Assembly: GCA_032125995.1 (NCBI GenBank)
Contig: JAQBBQ010000210.1
Span: 1 to 63,614, forward strand
Source of the DNA: Betaproteobacteria bacterium
Lineage (GTDB): Bacteria > Pseudomonadota > Gammaproteobacteria > Burkholderiales > SG8-39
Length of the DNA: 63,614 nt
Direction: 5' to 3'
Shown: positions 18,294 to 29,161 of the stretch, piece after piece
How the letters are laid out: each line of letters opens with the position of its first letter
Position numbering within the stretch: the stretch's first letter is position 1
The notes under the pieces: model-generated
The model's database searches: none
What the model saw: the letters and a program-made list of their open reading frames with translations, nothing else
Told to the model about the DNA's origin: nothing
Position numbers and translations under genes: made by a program

Positions 18294-19874
18294 ATGCATA
18301 CGGAGCTTCCTGCGGCCCTCCACGAGGGCTGCACCATGGGCGATCTCATTCTGCGTGCGATACGCCGGGGCGGTGACCGCATTGCCTTCGTGCGGGACGC
18401 GCAAGCGATCAGCTATCGAGCGTTCGGCGAAGCGCTGAGTTGCATGGTGCAGGCACTCGAGGCGCGTGGGCTGCGGCACGGTGATTCGATCGCGGTGCTG
18501 TCGTCGAATCGGCCCGAGGCTTTTCTGGTCAGCGCGGCGGGTTATTTGATGGGCTTACGCGCGACGTGGATGCATCCGCTGGCATCGGAAGATGATCACG
18601 CCTACCTGCTGGAGGACTCGGGCGTGAAGACCCTGGTTGTCGACCCGGAATGGTTTGCCGAACGCGCCAAGGCGCTGCAGGCCCGGTTGCCGGGGTTGCA
18701 ACGCGTGGTCGGCCTGGGGGCGAACGACTTCGGCGAAGACATCCTCGCCGCGCTGACCGCGTTCACCGCCGGTGCGCTGGAATCCAAGGCGCACGCGGAC
18801 GATATCTGCGTGCTGATCTATACCGGCGGGACGACCGGCAAGCCCAAGGGCGTGATCCACAGCCATCGCGTGCAGGTGACGATGGTCACGACCGAGCTCG
18901 CCGATTGGGATTGGCCGCAGGCGGTGCGGTTTCTTGCGATGACGCCAATCACGCACGCGGCGGGCGCGATGATCGTGGCGGTGATGATGCGTGGCGGCAC
19001 TTTCGTGATGTCGCAGGGCTTCGATCCACAACGCTTTTTCGAACTCGTCGAGCGCCATCGCATCACGGCAACCTTCCTCGTGCCGACGATGGTGTACGTC
19101 CTGCTCGATCATCCGGGCATCACGGCGGCCGATCTTTCGAGCCTCGAACTGGTGATCTATGGGGCGTCGCCGATGTCGCCGGCCAGAATGATCGATGCAC
19201 TCAAGCGCTTCGGACCCGTGTTCATGCAGCTCTATGGGCAATCCGAGGCGCCCAATTGCGTGACCGCGCTGCACAAGCATGAGCACGATCCGCAAAACCA
19301 CCCCGAACGCCTTGCCTCCTGCGGCACGCCAAGCGGCGCCAGCCAGGTCAAGCTCCTGGATGACGACGGCAACGAGGTGCCGGTCGGTGAGGTCGGCGAG
19401 ATTTGCGTGCGCGGCCCGCTGGTGATGCTCGGCTACTGGAACAAGCCCGAAGAGACCGCGCTGGCGTTGCGCCACGGATGGCTCCATAGCGGGGATCTGG
19501 CGCGGCGCGACGCCGACGGGTTTATTTACATCGTCGATCGGTCGAAGGACCTAATCATCACGGGCGGTTTCAATGTCTTTCCGCGCGAGGTGGAGGATGT
19601 GCTTACGCGTCACCCGGCAGTTGCGGCGGCGGCCGTTATCGGCGTGCCGGACGCCAAGTGGGGCGAAGCGGTGAAAGCGGTGGTGGTTCTCAAACCCGGC
19701 GCAACCGTGCTCCCCGAGGCCCTTATCGCACTGGTTCGAGAGCACAAGGGGCCGGTTCAGGCGCCCAAGTCGGTCGAATTTGTCGAATCGCTGCCGGTGA
19801 CCGGTCTCGGCAAGCCGGACAAGAAAGCGCTGCGGGCGCGCTACTGGACCGGCGAACAACGCGCGGTGCACTAG
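18294..19874 (+). CDS. AMP-dependent acyl-CoA synthetase/ligase
   Basis: AMP-binding motifs [22 protein letters not shown] and [35 protein letters not shown]. Start is uncertain (ATG at 18294, or the MGDL codon 14 codons later). Confidence 0.88.
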   Translation: MHTELPAALHEGCTMGDLILRAIRRGGDRIAFVRDAQAISYRAFGEALSCMVQALEARGLRHGDSIAVLSSNRPEAFLVSAAGYLMGLRATWMHPLASEDDHAYLLEDSGVKTLVVDPEWFAERAKALQARLPGLQRVVGLGANDFGEDILAALTAFTAGALESKAHADDICVLIYTGGTTGKPKGVIHSHRVQVTMVTTELADWDWPQAVRFLAMTPITHAAGAMIVAVMMRGGTFVMSQGFDPQRFFELVERHRITATFLVPTMVYVLLDHPGITAADLSSLELVIYGASPMSPARMIDALKRFGPVFMQLYGQSEAPNCVTALHKHEHDPQNHPERLASCGTPSGASQVKLLDDDGNEVPVGEVGEICVRGPLVMLGYWNKPEETALALRHGWLHSGDLARRDADGFIYIVDRSKDLIITGGFNVFPREVEDVLTRHPAVAAAAVIGVPDAKWGEAVKAVVVLKPGATVLPEALIALVREHKGPVQAPKSVEFVESLPVTGLGKPDKKALRARYWTGEQRAVH

Positions 19875-19913
19875 GAGCGGACCGCGCGAGGCGGCTGCCA
19901 GGCGTTACCAGGC

Positions 19914-21095
19914 TTACCAGGCGGCGTCGAGCAGGGCGACGATGTCCTGCGCGCCCTCGATTCGGCGCGGGTTGCTGCGAACCCACATGTTCTCCAGGGC
20001 GCCGGCGGCGATGCGTTCGAACTGACTGCGATCCACCTTGAGGTCGCGCAGCCGGGTTGGCATCCCAAGCGCCGCGATGAGCGCTGCAACCGCCGCCGGC
20101 GCAGCGTCGTCCGGGCGTCCCAGCGCCGCGGCGATTTCCGTTTGCCGGGCGCCGGCGACCGGCGCGTTCCAGCGCATCACATGCGGCAGCATGACGCAGG
20201 AGGTATAGCCATGACTCATTCCGGTCACCGCCCCCAGGCTATGACCGATGCCGTGGCTCGCGCCGTAGGGCACGCGCAGGATGCCCAAGGCGGCGAGCCA
20301 GGCCGCCTGCAGGCAGGCGAGGCGCGCCTCAAGGTCGCTGGGATCCGCCTTGCTGCGCGGCAGCGCCTGCGCGAACAGGCGCAAGGCGTGCAGCGACGTC
20401 GCTTCGATGAACGGGGACGCCTGCACCGAGCAGATGCCTTCGACCGCGTGATCGATGCCGCGTACTGCAGTCGAGAGCCAGAGCCACGCGGGCGTATGGC
20501 GGGTGATTTCGGGGTCGAGAATGACTGCGGCGGCGCCGATTTCGCGACCCATGTATGCATCTTTGACCTTGCGTACGGGGTCGGTGCACCCCCCCAGATC
20601 CGAGAACTCGGCACCGCCCAGTGTGGTCGAGACGACGACTTGGCGGAACGGCGGCGTCTTGATGACCGGGACATGGCGTGCGCCGTCCGGATTCAAGCGC
20701 AGGTGGAAGTCGCTGAGTTGCGCGGGCGCGGTGAGATCGTGGGCGAGCGCAATCAGCATCACCTTCACGGTGTCGATCGCCGTGCCGCCGCCGACGGTCA
20801 CAATCAGATCGGGCCGCGCCGACCGCGCGGCCTGCGCCGCTGCGATGACGCTGTCGCGCGGCGTGTGCTCGACACATTCGTCGAACACGCCGACGGCACG
20901 CGTGCCGAGCGCGTTGCGGATGCGTTCGATCGCATCGGTGTTTCGATTCAGGGTGCGGCTGGTGACGATGAACACGCGCTGCGCCGCCCGCCGATCGGCT
21001 TCTGCGACGACTGCCTGGGCCGCGGGTGTACCCCACACCACGCGATCCTGGGCAAGGAACTCATGCACGCCCGATGCGATGCCCATGACGTTCAA
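19914..21095 (-). CDS. Iron-containing alcohol dehydrogenase family protein (maleylacetate reductase-like)
   Basis: 393 aa with VTVGGGTAIDTVK (GGGxxxD) and His-rich metal-site strings (GASHGIGHSLG). Confidence 0.8.
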   Translation of the reverse strand: MNVMGIASGVHEFLAQDRVVWGTPAAQAVVAEADRRAAQRVFIVTSRTLNRNTDAIERIRNALGTRAVGVFDECVEHTPRDSVIAAAQAARSARPDLIVTVGGGTAIDTVKVMLIALAHDLTAPAQLSDFHLRLNPDGARHVPVIKTPPFRQVVVSTTLGGAEFSDLGGCTDPVRKVKDAYMGREIGAAAVILDPEITRHTPAWLWLSTAVRGIDHAVEGICSVQASPFIEATSLHALRLFAQALPRSKADPSDLEARLACLQAAWLAALGILRVPYGASHGIGHSLGAVTGMSHGYTSCVMLPHVMRWNAPVAGARQTEIAAALGRPDDAAPAAVAALIAALGMPTRLRDLKVDRSQFERIAAGALENMWVRSNPRRIEGAQDIVALLDAAW

Positions 21096-21979
21096 GTCCT
21101 CCGTTCGACGGATCGCGTTTCACGCCGTGCAAGCCAGAGCGTGCTCGCAAAGATGACCATCGCCCCGATCACGGTCCAGCTTCCGGGTATGGTACCGAAG
21201 ACGATGAAGCCGGCAATCGATGCCCAGATCAGCTCGAGAAACTTGACTGACTGGACGGCGGAAATGTCCGCGATCCGGAACGCGCGCGTCATGCAGTAGT
21301 GCCCCGCGGCGCCGAGCACACCGCAGATTACGAGCAGTACCCATTGTGCGGGGGAGGGGTTCGCCCAGTAAATGATCGCGATCGGAAACAGCAGCAGCGA
21401 AACCCATAGGTGCTGCCAGAGGACGACGACGTCCGGGCGATCAAATCGGATGAGTGCCTTTGCGGTGAGAAACGAGCCGGCGAATATGGGTGCCGAAGCA
21501 AGCATCAGCAGCACGCCGAACGAGATGCTGCCGAAGCCGCCGTTGCTCCAGGGACTGACGACCAGGAGCACGCCGGTAAATCCGACCAGTACGGCGCCCC
21601 AACGTGCACCGGTCATGCGCTCCTTCAGGAACAGCGCCGCGCCGATGCAAATGAATAAGGGGCCGGTGAAGCCGATCGCAGTCAGCTCGGCCATGCTCAC
21701 CAATGGCAGGGCCGCGAACCACAGCGTCATGCCGCCGGCGTGGAACAGGCCGCGCACGAACTGCATCTTCGGCGCGCGCGGCCACAGCGCGCGCAGGCCA
21801 AGACGCATCGCCGCCGGGAGGATGACGAGAACGCCGATCAGGTAGCGCAGAAAGCCCACGAGCCATGGATCCAGCTCGTGGGCGAGGCTTTTCATCGTCG
21901 TGTTGAGCACCGTAAACAGCATGCCGGTCGCGACCATCCACAGCATGCCGCGGAGGGTGGGATGCAAGGGAGGCGACAT
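21092..21979 (-). CDS. DMT-superfamily (EamA-type) transporter
   Basis: 295 aa with about ten transmembrane segments in two similar halves. It has a 4-nt overlap with the downstream ADH gene. Confidence 0.8.
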   Translation of the reverse strand: MSPPLHPTLRGMLWMVATGMLFTVLNTTMKSLAHELDPWLVGFLRYLIGVLVILPAAMRLGLRALWPRAPKMQFVRGLFHAGGMTLWFAALPLVSMAELTAIGFTGPLFICIGAALFLKERMTGARWGAVLVGFTGVLLVVSPWSNGGFGSISFGVLLMLASAPIFAGSFLTAKALIRFDRPDVVVLWQHLWVSLLLFPIAIIYWANPSPAQWVLLVICGVLGAAGHYCMTRAFRIADISAVQSVKFLELIWASIAGFIVFGTIPGSWTVIGAMVIFASTLWLARRETRSVERRT

Positions 21980-21982
21980 GCG

Positions 21983-22651
21983 CTAGGCGTTCACGAGCGG
22001 CGCGATCAGCTCGGGCGACTCATTGCTCGCCCGATTCACCGTCGTGCTCACCGCATGCGCGTGGATCGACTCGGGCGGGCAGGCCACGAGCAGATCGGCG
22101 ACGTCGCGCCCCGGTGCGCACTCGAGCCAGCGTGCGTGGTCCGGCGGCGGAACGATGACCGGCATCCGATCGTGAATCGGCCGCATGCGGGTGTTGGCGC
22201 CCGTGGTGACGATGGTGCAGGTTTCGAGCGGCCCGCCCGGGCCTTCCCATCGCTCCCACAGACCGGCAAACGCGAACAGCGCACCGTGCGCCGGCGAGAT
22301 GTAGTAGGGCTGCTTGCGTGCTTCGCTGCGCTGCCATTCGTAGAAACCGTTCGCCGGCACCAGGCAGCGGCGCTTGCGGTAGGCATCGCGGAACGACGGT
22401 TTTTGCGCCACCGTCTCGCCGCGAGCGTTGTTCAGCCGAGTCGCAAGTTTCGGATTTTTCGCCCAGCGCGGAACGAGACCCCATCGCACGAGCGCCGGCT
22501 CGCGGTTGCCGTCCGCGTCGGCACGAACGACAAGCACTTCGGTCGTCGGAGCGATGTTGAAGCGCGGCACGATCGATGCGGGAATCTCGCTCAAGCCGAA
22601 GGCAAGGGCGATCACATCGGGGCGGCTGTGGAGGGCATATCGGCCACACAT
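21983..22651 (-). CDS. SOS-response-associated peptidase (SRAP/YedK family, abasic-site sensor)
   Basis: It starts with the obligatory MCGRYAL (catalytic Cys2) at the ATG at 22651. 222 aa. The tracked 353-aa ORF is an upstream open extension. Confidence 0.85.
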   Translation of the reverse strand: MCGRYALHSRPDVIALAFGLSEIPASIVPRFNIAPTTEVLVVRADADGNREPALVRWGLVPRWAKNPKLATRLNNARGETVAQKPSFRDAYRKRRCLVPANGFYEWQRSEARKQPYYISPAHGALFAFAGLWERWEGPGGPLETCTIVTTGANTRMRPIHDRMPVIVPPPDHARWLECAPGRDVADLLVACPPESIHAHAVSTTVNRASNESPELIAPLVNA

Positions 22652-22656
22652 GGACG

Positions 22657-22674
22657 CAATGTACACAATGTACA
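22657..22674. repeat. Tandem CAATGTACA x2 (two self-complementary TGTACA hexamers) in the SRAP/pncB divergent spacer
   Basis: CAATGTACACAATGTACA is read directly, in a spacer of only 51 bp between divergent start codons. Confidence 0.85.
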
Positions 22675-22702
22675 ATGCGCGCGCCTTGCGGCGTGACGCG
22701 CG

Positions 22703-23884
22703 ATGATCATCCAATCGCTTCTCGATACCGACCTCTACAAGTTCACGATGATGCAGGTCGTGCTGCATCACTTTCCGGGGGCGCAGGTCGAGTATCGATT
22801 TACCTGTCGTTCCGACGGGGTCGATTTGCGTCCGGATATAGACGCGATCCGTGACGAAATCCAGAACCTCTGCACCTTGCGGTTTCGCGACGAGGAACTC
22901 GCCTACCTGCGTGGCCTGCGCTTCATGAAATCGGATTTCGTCGATTTCCTGGGTTTGTTCAAGTTCAACGCGAAGAACATCCGCGTCGCGGACGGCGGGA
23001 CCGAAGGCGGCATCGAGATCACCATCCGCGGCCCCTGGCTGCATACGATCCTGTACGAAATTCCGGTGCTGTCGATCGTATCGGAGGCCTACTTTCGCCG
23101 TACCCAGCCGGCGCCGGATGTCGCCGAGGGTGAGCGTCGCTTGCTGGGGAAAATCGAGCTGTTGCGCAATGTCGAGCCTGCCCTGGAGTTCAAAATCTCG
23201 GATTTCGGTACGCGACGGCGATTTTCATGCGACTGGCAGGAACGCGTGCTGCAGACGCTTAAGCGCGAGGTGCCAGCGGATTTCGCCGGCACGTCGAACG
23301 TCTGGTTCGCCATGAGAAACGACTTGACGCCGCTCGGCACCCTCGGGCACGAGTACATGCAGGCCTGCCAGGCGCTCGGCCCGCGCTTGCGCGATTCGCA
23401 AATTTTCGCGATGGACACCTGGGCCAAGGAATACCGTGGCGACCTCGGCATTGCGCTGTCAGATACCTACGGACTCGACGCGTTCCTGCGCGATTTCGAC
23501 ATGTACTTTTGCAAGCTGTTTGACGGCGCGCGGCACGATTCGGGCGATCCGTTCGCATGGGGCGAACGCATGATTGCCCACTACCTGAAGAATCGAATCG
23601 ACCCGCATACCAAGACGCTGATCTTTTCCGACCAGCTTTCGTTCCCCTTGGCGATCGAAATCGCCCGGCGTTTTCACGGCCGTGCGCGTACCGCCTTCGG
23701 TATTGGCACCAATCTCACCAACGACCTTGGCTATGAACCGCTCAACATCGTGATCAAGATGACCGAGTGCAACGGCCAGCCGGTCGCCAAGGTGTCCGAT
23801 TCGCCAGGCAAAACCGTGAGCACGGACGCGCGCTACCTGGCGTATCTTCGGCAAGTATTCGGCCTCGAACCGCCGCAATCTTGA
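22703..23884 (+). CDS. pncB: Nicotinate phosphoribosyltransferase
   Basis: [25 protein letters not shown] is the characteristic PncB N-terminus. 393 aa. Confidence 0.93.
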   Translation: MIIQSLLDTDLYKFTMMQVVLHHFPGAQVEYRFTCRSDGVDLRPDIDAIRDEIQNLCTLRFRDEELAYLRGLRFMKSDFVDFLGLFKFNAKNIRVADGGTEGGIEITIRGPWLHTILYEIPVLSIVSEAYFRRTQPAPDVAEGERRLLGKIELLRNVEPALEFKISDFGTRRRFSCDWQERVLQTLKREVPADFAGTSNVWFAMRNDLTPLGTLGHEYMQACQALGPRLRDSQIFAMDTWAKEYRGDLGIALSDTYGLDAFLRDFDMYFCKLFDGARHDSGDPFAWGERMIAHYLKNRIDPHTKTLIFSDQLSFPLAIEIARRFHGRARTAFGIGTNLTNDLGYEPLNIVIKMTECNGQPVAKVSDSPGKTVSTDARYLAYLRQVFGLEPPQS

Positions 23885-23894
23885 CCGCGACGCG

Positions 23895-25133
23895 TTGACC
23901 CGCGAAGCTTCCGACGCCACGCAGCTTCAACGCACCGCGCTGGCGGTGCTTGCGACCTGCTTCCTGCTCAACATGCTCGGGCGCGGGATCGGGGATACCT
24001 ACTCGGTCTTCCTCAAACCGCTCGAAGCAGAATTCGGCTGGAGTCGTTCCAGCCTGACGAGCGTCTATTCGCTCTACCTGCTGGTCAACGGTTTCGCGGC
24101 ACCCTTCGTCGGCATGGCATTCGATCGGGTCGGGCCACGCTGGGCCTATACCACCGGGCTGGTGGTGCTGGGCGGCGCATTCCTACTTGCGGGCAGCCTC
24201 GATCGTCTGTGGCAGTTCCATCTGCTGGTCGGTGTTTCGGTGGGCATCGGCGTGAGTTTTACCGGCATGGTGCCGAGTTCAGGGCTGCTCTCACGCTGGT
24301 TTCGGGCGCGGTTGTCGACCGCCCTTGGCGTGGCGTATGCGGGCTTCGGCGTGGGCTCCGTCGTATTCGTGCCGCTCGCGCAGGTGCTCATCAACCGGAT
24401 CGAATGGGAAAGCGCCTATCGCGTGCTCGGCGGCATCCTGCTGCTGGCCGCAGTCGTGGTTGCGCTCGGCGTGCCGTGGCAGAGGTTTCGCGCCGGCCAT
24501 CCGGCGTACCGCGTCGATGCGCGGCGTGGGGAGGGTGGCTCGGGATGGACCCTGCGCGGCGCACTGAAAACCCGCATCTACTGGGCGCTCGCGCAGGCCT
24601 TCTTCTGCACTTCGGTGGCGATGTTCATTATCCTCGTGCAACTCGTCGTGTTCCTGATCGATGCCGGTTTTCCACCGCTGACCGCGGCGACCGCGGTCGG
24701 GTTTATCGGCATGCTCTCGGCGATGAGCGTCATGGGCAGCGGGTTCCTTTCCGACCGGTTCGGGGTGCGCCAAACCGTGAGCACGAGCTTCGTCGGAACG
24801 GCGACCGGCATGCTGCTGCTTATCGTGCTGGCCGGCGCACCGTCCGGGGCGCTTCTGGTGGCGTTCGTGCTCGTGTTCGGCCTCTGCATGGGGATGCGCG
24901 GACCGATTATTTCTTCGGTTTGCGCGAAGTACTTCGCCGGTCCGACAGTGGCAACGATCTACGGCACCATCTACGCAACCAACGCGTTGGGCGCTGCGTT
25001 CGGGTCGCTGCTCGGCGGGGTGCTGCACGATCTCACCGGCGGCTACCGCATCGGTTTCCTGTGCTCGCTGGGCTTCATCCTGCTTGCCGCCGCGCCGTTC
25101 TGGACCGTTAAGACGCTACGCGATTTTCGCTGA
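23895..25133 (+). CDS. MFS transporter
   Basis: 412 aa with 12 predicted transmembrane segments. The tracked start is a TTG. TM1 begins near residue 15, so the start is plausible but unverified. Confidence 0.8.
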   Translation: MTREASDATQLQRTALAVLATCFLLNMLGRGIGDTYSVFLKPLEAEFGWSRSSLTSVYSLYLLVNGFAAPFVGMAFDRVGPRWAYTTGLVVLGGAFLLAGSLDRLWQFHLLVGVSVGIGVSFTGMVPSSGLLSRWFRARLSTALGVAYAGFGVGSVVFVPLAQVLINRIEWESAYRVLGGILLLAAVVVALGVPWQRFRAGHPAYRVDARRGEGGSGWTLRGALKTRIYWALAQAFFCTSVAMFIILVQLVVFLIDAGFPPLTAATAVGFIGMLSAMSVMGSGFLSDRFGVRQTVSTSFVGTATGMLLLIVLAGAPSGALLVAFVLVFGLCMGMRGPIISSVCAKYFAGPTVATIYGTIYATNALGAAFGSLLGGVLHDLTGGYRIGFLCSLGFILLAAAPFWTVKTLRDFR

Positions 25134-25193
25134 CGGATGACGGCTCGAGATCAAGCCAGTATTCGGTCGCCGGCGTGAGTTGGGTTTTTACAA

Positions 25194-25250
25194 TCTCGTG
25201 ATTTAGACGGATTCGCACGCTTCATCAGCGAACCCGTCTAAAACACGAGA
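25194..25250. terminator. Long hairpin in a convergent intergenic region (17-bp arms, 16/17 paired, 23-nt loop)
   Basis: TCTCGTGATTTAGACGG (25194..25210) pairs with CCGTCTAAAACACGAGA (25234..25250). A third partial copy, TCTCGTTTG, lies at 25278..25286. The region is locally low in GC. There is no T-tract, so the terminator function is inferred from position only. Confidence 0.4.
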
Positions 25251-25303
25251 CAAAAGCAGCTTCGGCCGCGCGGCGAGTCTCGTTTGTTACGCGCCGGCCC
25301 CCC

Positions 25304-26551
25304 TCACCCCCGCAACAATCCCAGCACCTGCGCCTCGCGCTCAAGCGATTCCCGAAACGCGGGATCCGCAATTGCAATCATTCTCGCCACCCGCGCGCGA
25401 AGCGGCAGGCCTCGCAGGTCTGCCGCGCCGTGCTCGGTGACGAACACGCCGGCCTCACCGCGCGGCGTCGCCACCGGACCCGCCAGACGCGAAACGATGC
25501 GAGAGGCCTTCGATCCGACCGTTGAGCGCAGGCAAACGAGCGATACGCCGCCGACCGACGCGTTTGCTGCACGAATGAAGTCCAGCGCGCCACCCACCGC
25601 GCCAACATAGGCGCGGCTGGCCACTTCCGCGTTGACCTGCCCAGTGAGATCCACTTCGACGGCGGAATTGATGGCGACGAAGGTCGGCAGCTTGCCGAGC
25701 ACGGCTGCGGCGTGGGTGTAATCGGAGCTGCGCAGTTCGATCTGCGGATTGCGATGGGCAAAATCGAACAGCGTGCGGGTGCCGAGCAACAGGCCGCCGA
25801 TGGTCTTGCCCGTATCGATCGGCTTGCGTGCATTGGTAATCACGCCGCGCGCCATCAAGTCGACCACCGCGTCGCCGAGCGAACCCGAATGCACGCCGAG
25901 GTCGCGGCGGTCGCCGAGGGTCGCCAGGATCGCGTCCGGCAATGCGCCGAGGCCGAATTCGAGCGTGGCACCGTCCGGGATGTAAGCCGCCGCGTGCGCC
26001 GCAATACGCCGTTCGAGTTCCCTTGGCGCGCCACGCGGCAGTGCGGCGGGCGTCCTTGAGGACTGCAGGCTCAGTGCGAAGTCCTGCGCCTGAAGTCTGC
26101 GTTCGGTGTGGGTCCAGGGAACCTGATCGTTGATTTCCGCGACCACCGCGCGCGCCCGGGCGAGCGCGGGAATTAGATACTCGGCCGACAGTCCCAGGCT
26201 GTGCTCGCCATGCTCGTTTGGCGGACTGACTTGTACGAGTACGACGTCGGCCCGAATCTGTCCGTTGCGGATCAGATCGCCGAAGCGCGAATACGGATAC
26301 GGATGGACATCGGCGACGCCCGCGTCGATCAGTGTGCGATTGTGACCCGCGCCGCAGTACGCGCCGAATGTAAGATGATCTGCATGCTCTGCACGGACCG
26401 CGCCCGAGTAATTGATGCCGAGGAAGACAGAGGCACCGGGATAGGCGGCGCGCTGCGCGAGAAATGTCTCGACCAGCGTCTGCGGTTCGGCCGTGGCCTG
26501 GCCCCAGAGTACGCCGTCGCCGGGGCGTATCACCTTGGCGAGATCAAGCAT
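25304..26551 (-). CDS. Acetyl-CoA hydrolase/CoA-transferase family protein
   Basis: 415 aa with the family string [15 protein letters not shown] (GGxxDF) and N/C-domain organisation like 4-hydroxybutyrate CoA-transferases. Confidence 0.8.
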   Translation of the reverse strand: MLDLAKVIRPGDGVLWGQATAEPQTLVETFLAQRAAYPGASVFLGINYSGAVRAEHADHLTFGAYCGAGHNRTLIDAGVADVHPYPYSRFGDLIRNGQIRADVVLVQVSPPNEHGEHSLGLSAEYLIPALARARAVVAEINDQVPWTHTERRLQAQDFALSLQSSRTPAALPRGAPRELERRIAAHAAAYIPDGATLEFGLGALPDAILATLGDRRDLGVHSGSLGDAVVDLMARGVITNARKPIDTGKTIGGLLLGTRTLFDFAHRNPQIELRSSDYTHAAAVLGKLPTFVAINSAVEVDLTGQVNAEVASRAYVGAVGGALDFIRAANASVGGVSLVCLRSTVGSKASRIVSRLAGPVATPRGEAGVFVTEHGAADLRGLPLRARVARMIAIADPAFRESLEREAQVLGLLRG

Positions 26552-26613
26552 GCGCGGGCGATGCTACCATCGGACCGGTTTCGAACGCCTCGAATTGGGG
26601 AGTCATCAATCTC

Positions 26614-27204
26614 ATGTTGAACGATCAAGCACTCGACATTCTGTTCCGCAGCGCACGTACGCAGAACGGCTTCGTCGACAAACCCGTGAGCGACGCGCAA
26701 CTTCATGCGCTGTATGAATTGATGAAATGGGGCCCGACGACGATGAATATCCAGCCCGCGCGGCTGGTGTTCGTGCGATCAAAAGCGGCGAAGGAGCGGC
26801 TTGCCCCGGCGCTCAGTCCGGGCAATCTGGAAAAAACCATGAAGTCCCCGGTCGCCGTGATCGTGGCCTTCGATCTGCGTTTCTACGAGAACCTTCCGCG
26901 CACCTTTCCGAACAACCCGAATGCGAAGTCCTTGTTCGAGGGCGAGGAGAAGAAGGCGCATGTCCAGACCACGGCCATGCGCAATGGCTCGCTGCAGGGT
27001 GCCTACCTGATCCTCGCCGCACGCGCGCTCGGGCTGGATTGCGGCCCCATGTCGGGGTTCGACAACGCCAAAGTTGACGCCGCGTTCTTTCCGGACGGCC
27101 GCTGCAAGTCGAACTTTTTGTGCAATCTGGGCTACGGCGATCCTTCGAAGATCTTCCCGCGCAACCCGCGACTCGAGTTCGACGAGGTTTGTACGATTAG
27201 CTGA
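26614..27204 (+). CDS. Nitroreductase-family protein (RutE / malonic semialdehyde reductase-like)
   Basis: [54 protein letters not shown]. 196 aa from the ATG at 26614. Confidence 0.8.
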   Translation: MLNDQALDILFRSARTQNGFVDKPVSDAQLHALYELMKWGPTTMNIQPARLVFVRSKAAKERLAPALSPGNLEKTMKSPVAVIVAFDLRFYENLPRTFPNNPNAKSLFEGEEKKAHVQTTAMRNGSLQGAYLILAARALGLDCGPMSGFDNAKVDAAFFPDGRCKSNFLCNLGYGDPSKIFPRNPRLEFDEVCTIS

Positions 27205-27214
27205 GGAGGTGCGG

Positions 27215-27721
27215 ATGGTGCGCGGGTTTCGCATTCGCCATGCCACCGCGGACGATGTGCCGCTGCTCTTCGGCCTGATTCGGGGTCTCGCCGAATACGA
27301 GCGCCTGCTCGAGCAGGTGACGGCAACCGAAGAAAGCTTGCGCGCCCACCTGTTCAGCGCGCGACCGGCAGCGGAAGCGGTGCTCGCCGAAGAAGGCCGC
27401 GAGACGATCGGCTTCGCCTTATTTTTTAACAACTTTTCGACGTTCGCCGGCAAACCCGGCCTGTTCCTCGAGGACCTGTTCGTACGACCCGAGTTTCGCG
27501 GCCGCGGCTACGGTAAGGCGCTGATGGTGTTCGTGGCACGTCTTGCGCTCGCACGCGGTTGCGGGCGTTTCGAATGGAGCGTGCTGGACTGGAACACGCC
27601 GGCGCGGGATTTCTACCGTACGCTGGGCGCGCGGCCCCTCGATGACTGGATCGGCCAGCGGATGACCGGCGAGGCGATCGCCCGGCTTGCGGCGCATCCG
27701 CTCCCGGGCGAACGCGAATGA
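27215..27721 (+). CDS. GNAT-family N-acetyltransferase
   Basis: Acetyl-CoA binding motif RPEFRGRGYGKALM (R/QxxGxG/A). The ATG at 27215 is preceded by GAGGAGG. Confidence 0.85.
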   Translation: MVRGFRIRHATADDVPLLFGLIRGLAEYERLLEQVTATEESLRAHLFSARPAAEAVLAEEGRETIGFALFFNNFSTFAGKPGLFLEDLFVRPEFRGRGYGKALMVFVARLALARGCGRFEWSVLDWNTPARDFYRTLGARPLDDWIGQRMTGEAIARLAAHPLPGERE

Positions 27722-28218
27722 GCGCGGCGCTCATTTTTTGGCGCCAGCCGTTGCGCATTGCAGGTGCCTGTTCGGCCGAGACCGCAGCGCTGCGCCTGGG
27801 GGCCTTGCTTTCCACGTCCGCGCGCTTTTCAGCCGGGGAGCGCATCGTTGGACGCATCGACGGCATGCGTTTGCGGATCTGGAAGAAGACCTTGTTCGGC
27901 GCCTCCGCCGACGTGGTGCAGTTCGAGGGCTTGATCGAGGCAGCGTCGGACGGCGTGGTCGTCGACGGCGCGTTCTCTTACAAAGCCGCAACCAAGATCC
28001 AGTTCATCGGATTTCTGGCGCTGGGAATCTTGATCGCGGCAAGTGGCGTTTTCCAAAAGCTCGCCGGCGGAGCCACCGCGAACGATGTCATCGCCTTTGG
28101 CAGCGGCATCGCGCTGGTGACTGCGACCTGGATCGTCGCGGCTGACTGGATGAAGGGCCGGCAAATCGACTTTCTGGAGTCCAGCGTGCGGGCGATACTG
28201 GCGGCCGAGCCCGCGTGA
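27718..28218 (+). CDS. Hypothetical membrane protein
   Basis: 166 aa with two C-terminal hydrophobic helices (IQFIGFLALGILIAASGVF, VIAFGSGIALVTATWIVAA). It has a 4-nt start overlap with the GNAT gene. No recognisable motif. Confidence 0.5.
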   Translation: MSAALIFWRQPLRIAGACSAETAALRLGALLSTSARFSAGERIVGRIDGMRLRIWKKTLFGASADVVQFEGLIEAASDGVVVDGAFSYKAATKIQFIGFLALGILIAASGVFQKLAGGATANDVIAFGSGIALVTATWIVAADWMKGRQIDFLESSVRAILAAEPA

Positions 28219-28260
28219 GCGGGCGGTGCTTCAAACACGTTGACCGGTTTACGCGGATTC
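28145..28260 (+). repeat. Direct repeat copy A (116 bp): 3' end of ORF 27718..28218 plus a relic of the phzF-like 5' end
   Basis: It aligns without gaps to 29294..29409, about 97/116 identical by hand alignment. After the TGA it reads GTGAGCGGGCGGTGCTTCAAACACGTTGAC = VSGRCFKHVD, a degenerate copy of the PhzF N-terminus VSGRRFKQVD. Confidence 0.85.
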
Positions 28261-28279
28261 GGCCCCGCCGCGCGCCGCC

Positions 28280-29161
28280 CTAGTTCGCGGCGCGTTTCAC
28301 GAAGCCCTCGAGCGAGACCGTATACCTGCCCACCCGCGCCAGATGTCGGATGCAATACTTGGTCGGATAAAAGCCGGCGGCTTTCCATGCCTGCGGCTGC
28401 TTGATGCGCACACACGTGCCGGGATTGCTGGCGAGATAGGCGTGGGTGATCATCGGTTCGTAGAAGATGACGTTCCCGTCATAGGCCCCGAAGATGAACG
28501 TATGCGTGAACTTGGGGCCGTTTTTCGCGAGTTCCGGCGATTTTGAATTGATCAGGTGATTGCCCATATCCGGCACCGCGGCATCGACACTGATGTGGTC
28601 GCGATGAACGTATTGGGCCGGAACCGGCTTGGTTGCCTTCTTGAAATCCTCGCAATCGATCAGTTCGCCGCAGCGGCCCGGCCGGATCCCCTTCACCACG
28701 GTTCTCTCGGCGATATAGAAGTGAAAATCGAAGTGCGGCGCGGCCCAGGGCGGCGGAGCCGGCGGAAAGTGGCCATGCGGATTCCAGTTGAGTCCCACCC
28801 ATTTGAACGGCAAGAGCGTCTTTGCTGCCTCGCCCTGCGGCAGCGCGAAGACGAGTTCGTGGTCGCCGATGCACTCGTGCGCATCGAGTTTCCCATTGCC
28901 GTCTTTATCGAAGCATCGGCTCGTGGCGTTCGGCGCCTTGGGCAAGCCTTCGAGCGCAGCGTTGTCCATGCTGACCCCCAGCGCGAGCGGATTGCCGTTC
29001 GCGTCGACGGCAACATAGACCCGCGCCCGCCCGTTGCCGAGCTTCTGGGAATTGGTCGCAATCACGTTTGGCTGCGCAGCCACTGCCACCGAGATTTCGC
29101 TGCCCAACATAGCCGTAGCCGCCACAGCGCAAATCAAACGCCATCCAAGCTTCCTCATCAT
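28280..29161 (-). CDS. Secreted protein of unknown function
   Basis: Signal peptide MMRKLGWRLICAVAATAMLGSEISVAVAAQ from the ATG at 29161. The mature part is Cys-containing and His-rich (NWNPHGHFPP...PHFDFHFY). I recognise no family. Confidence 0.6.
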   Translation of the reverse strand: MMRKLGWRLICAVAATAMLGSEISVAVAAQPNVIATNSQKLGNGRARVYVAVDANGNPLALGVSMDNAALEGLPKAPNATSRCFDKDGNGKLDAHECIGDHELVFALPQGEAAKTLLPFKWVGLNWNPHGHFPPAPPPWAAPHFDFHFYIAERTVVKGIRPGRCGELIDCEDFKKATKPVPAQYVHRDHISVDAAVPDMGNHLINSKSPELAKNGPKFTHTFIFGAYDGNVIFYEPMITHAYLASNPGTCVRIKQPQAWKAAGFYPTKYCIRHLARVGRYTVSLEGFVKRAAN

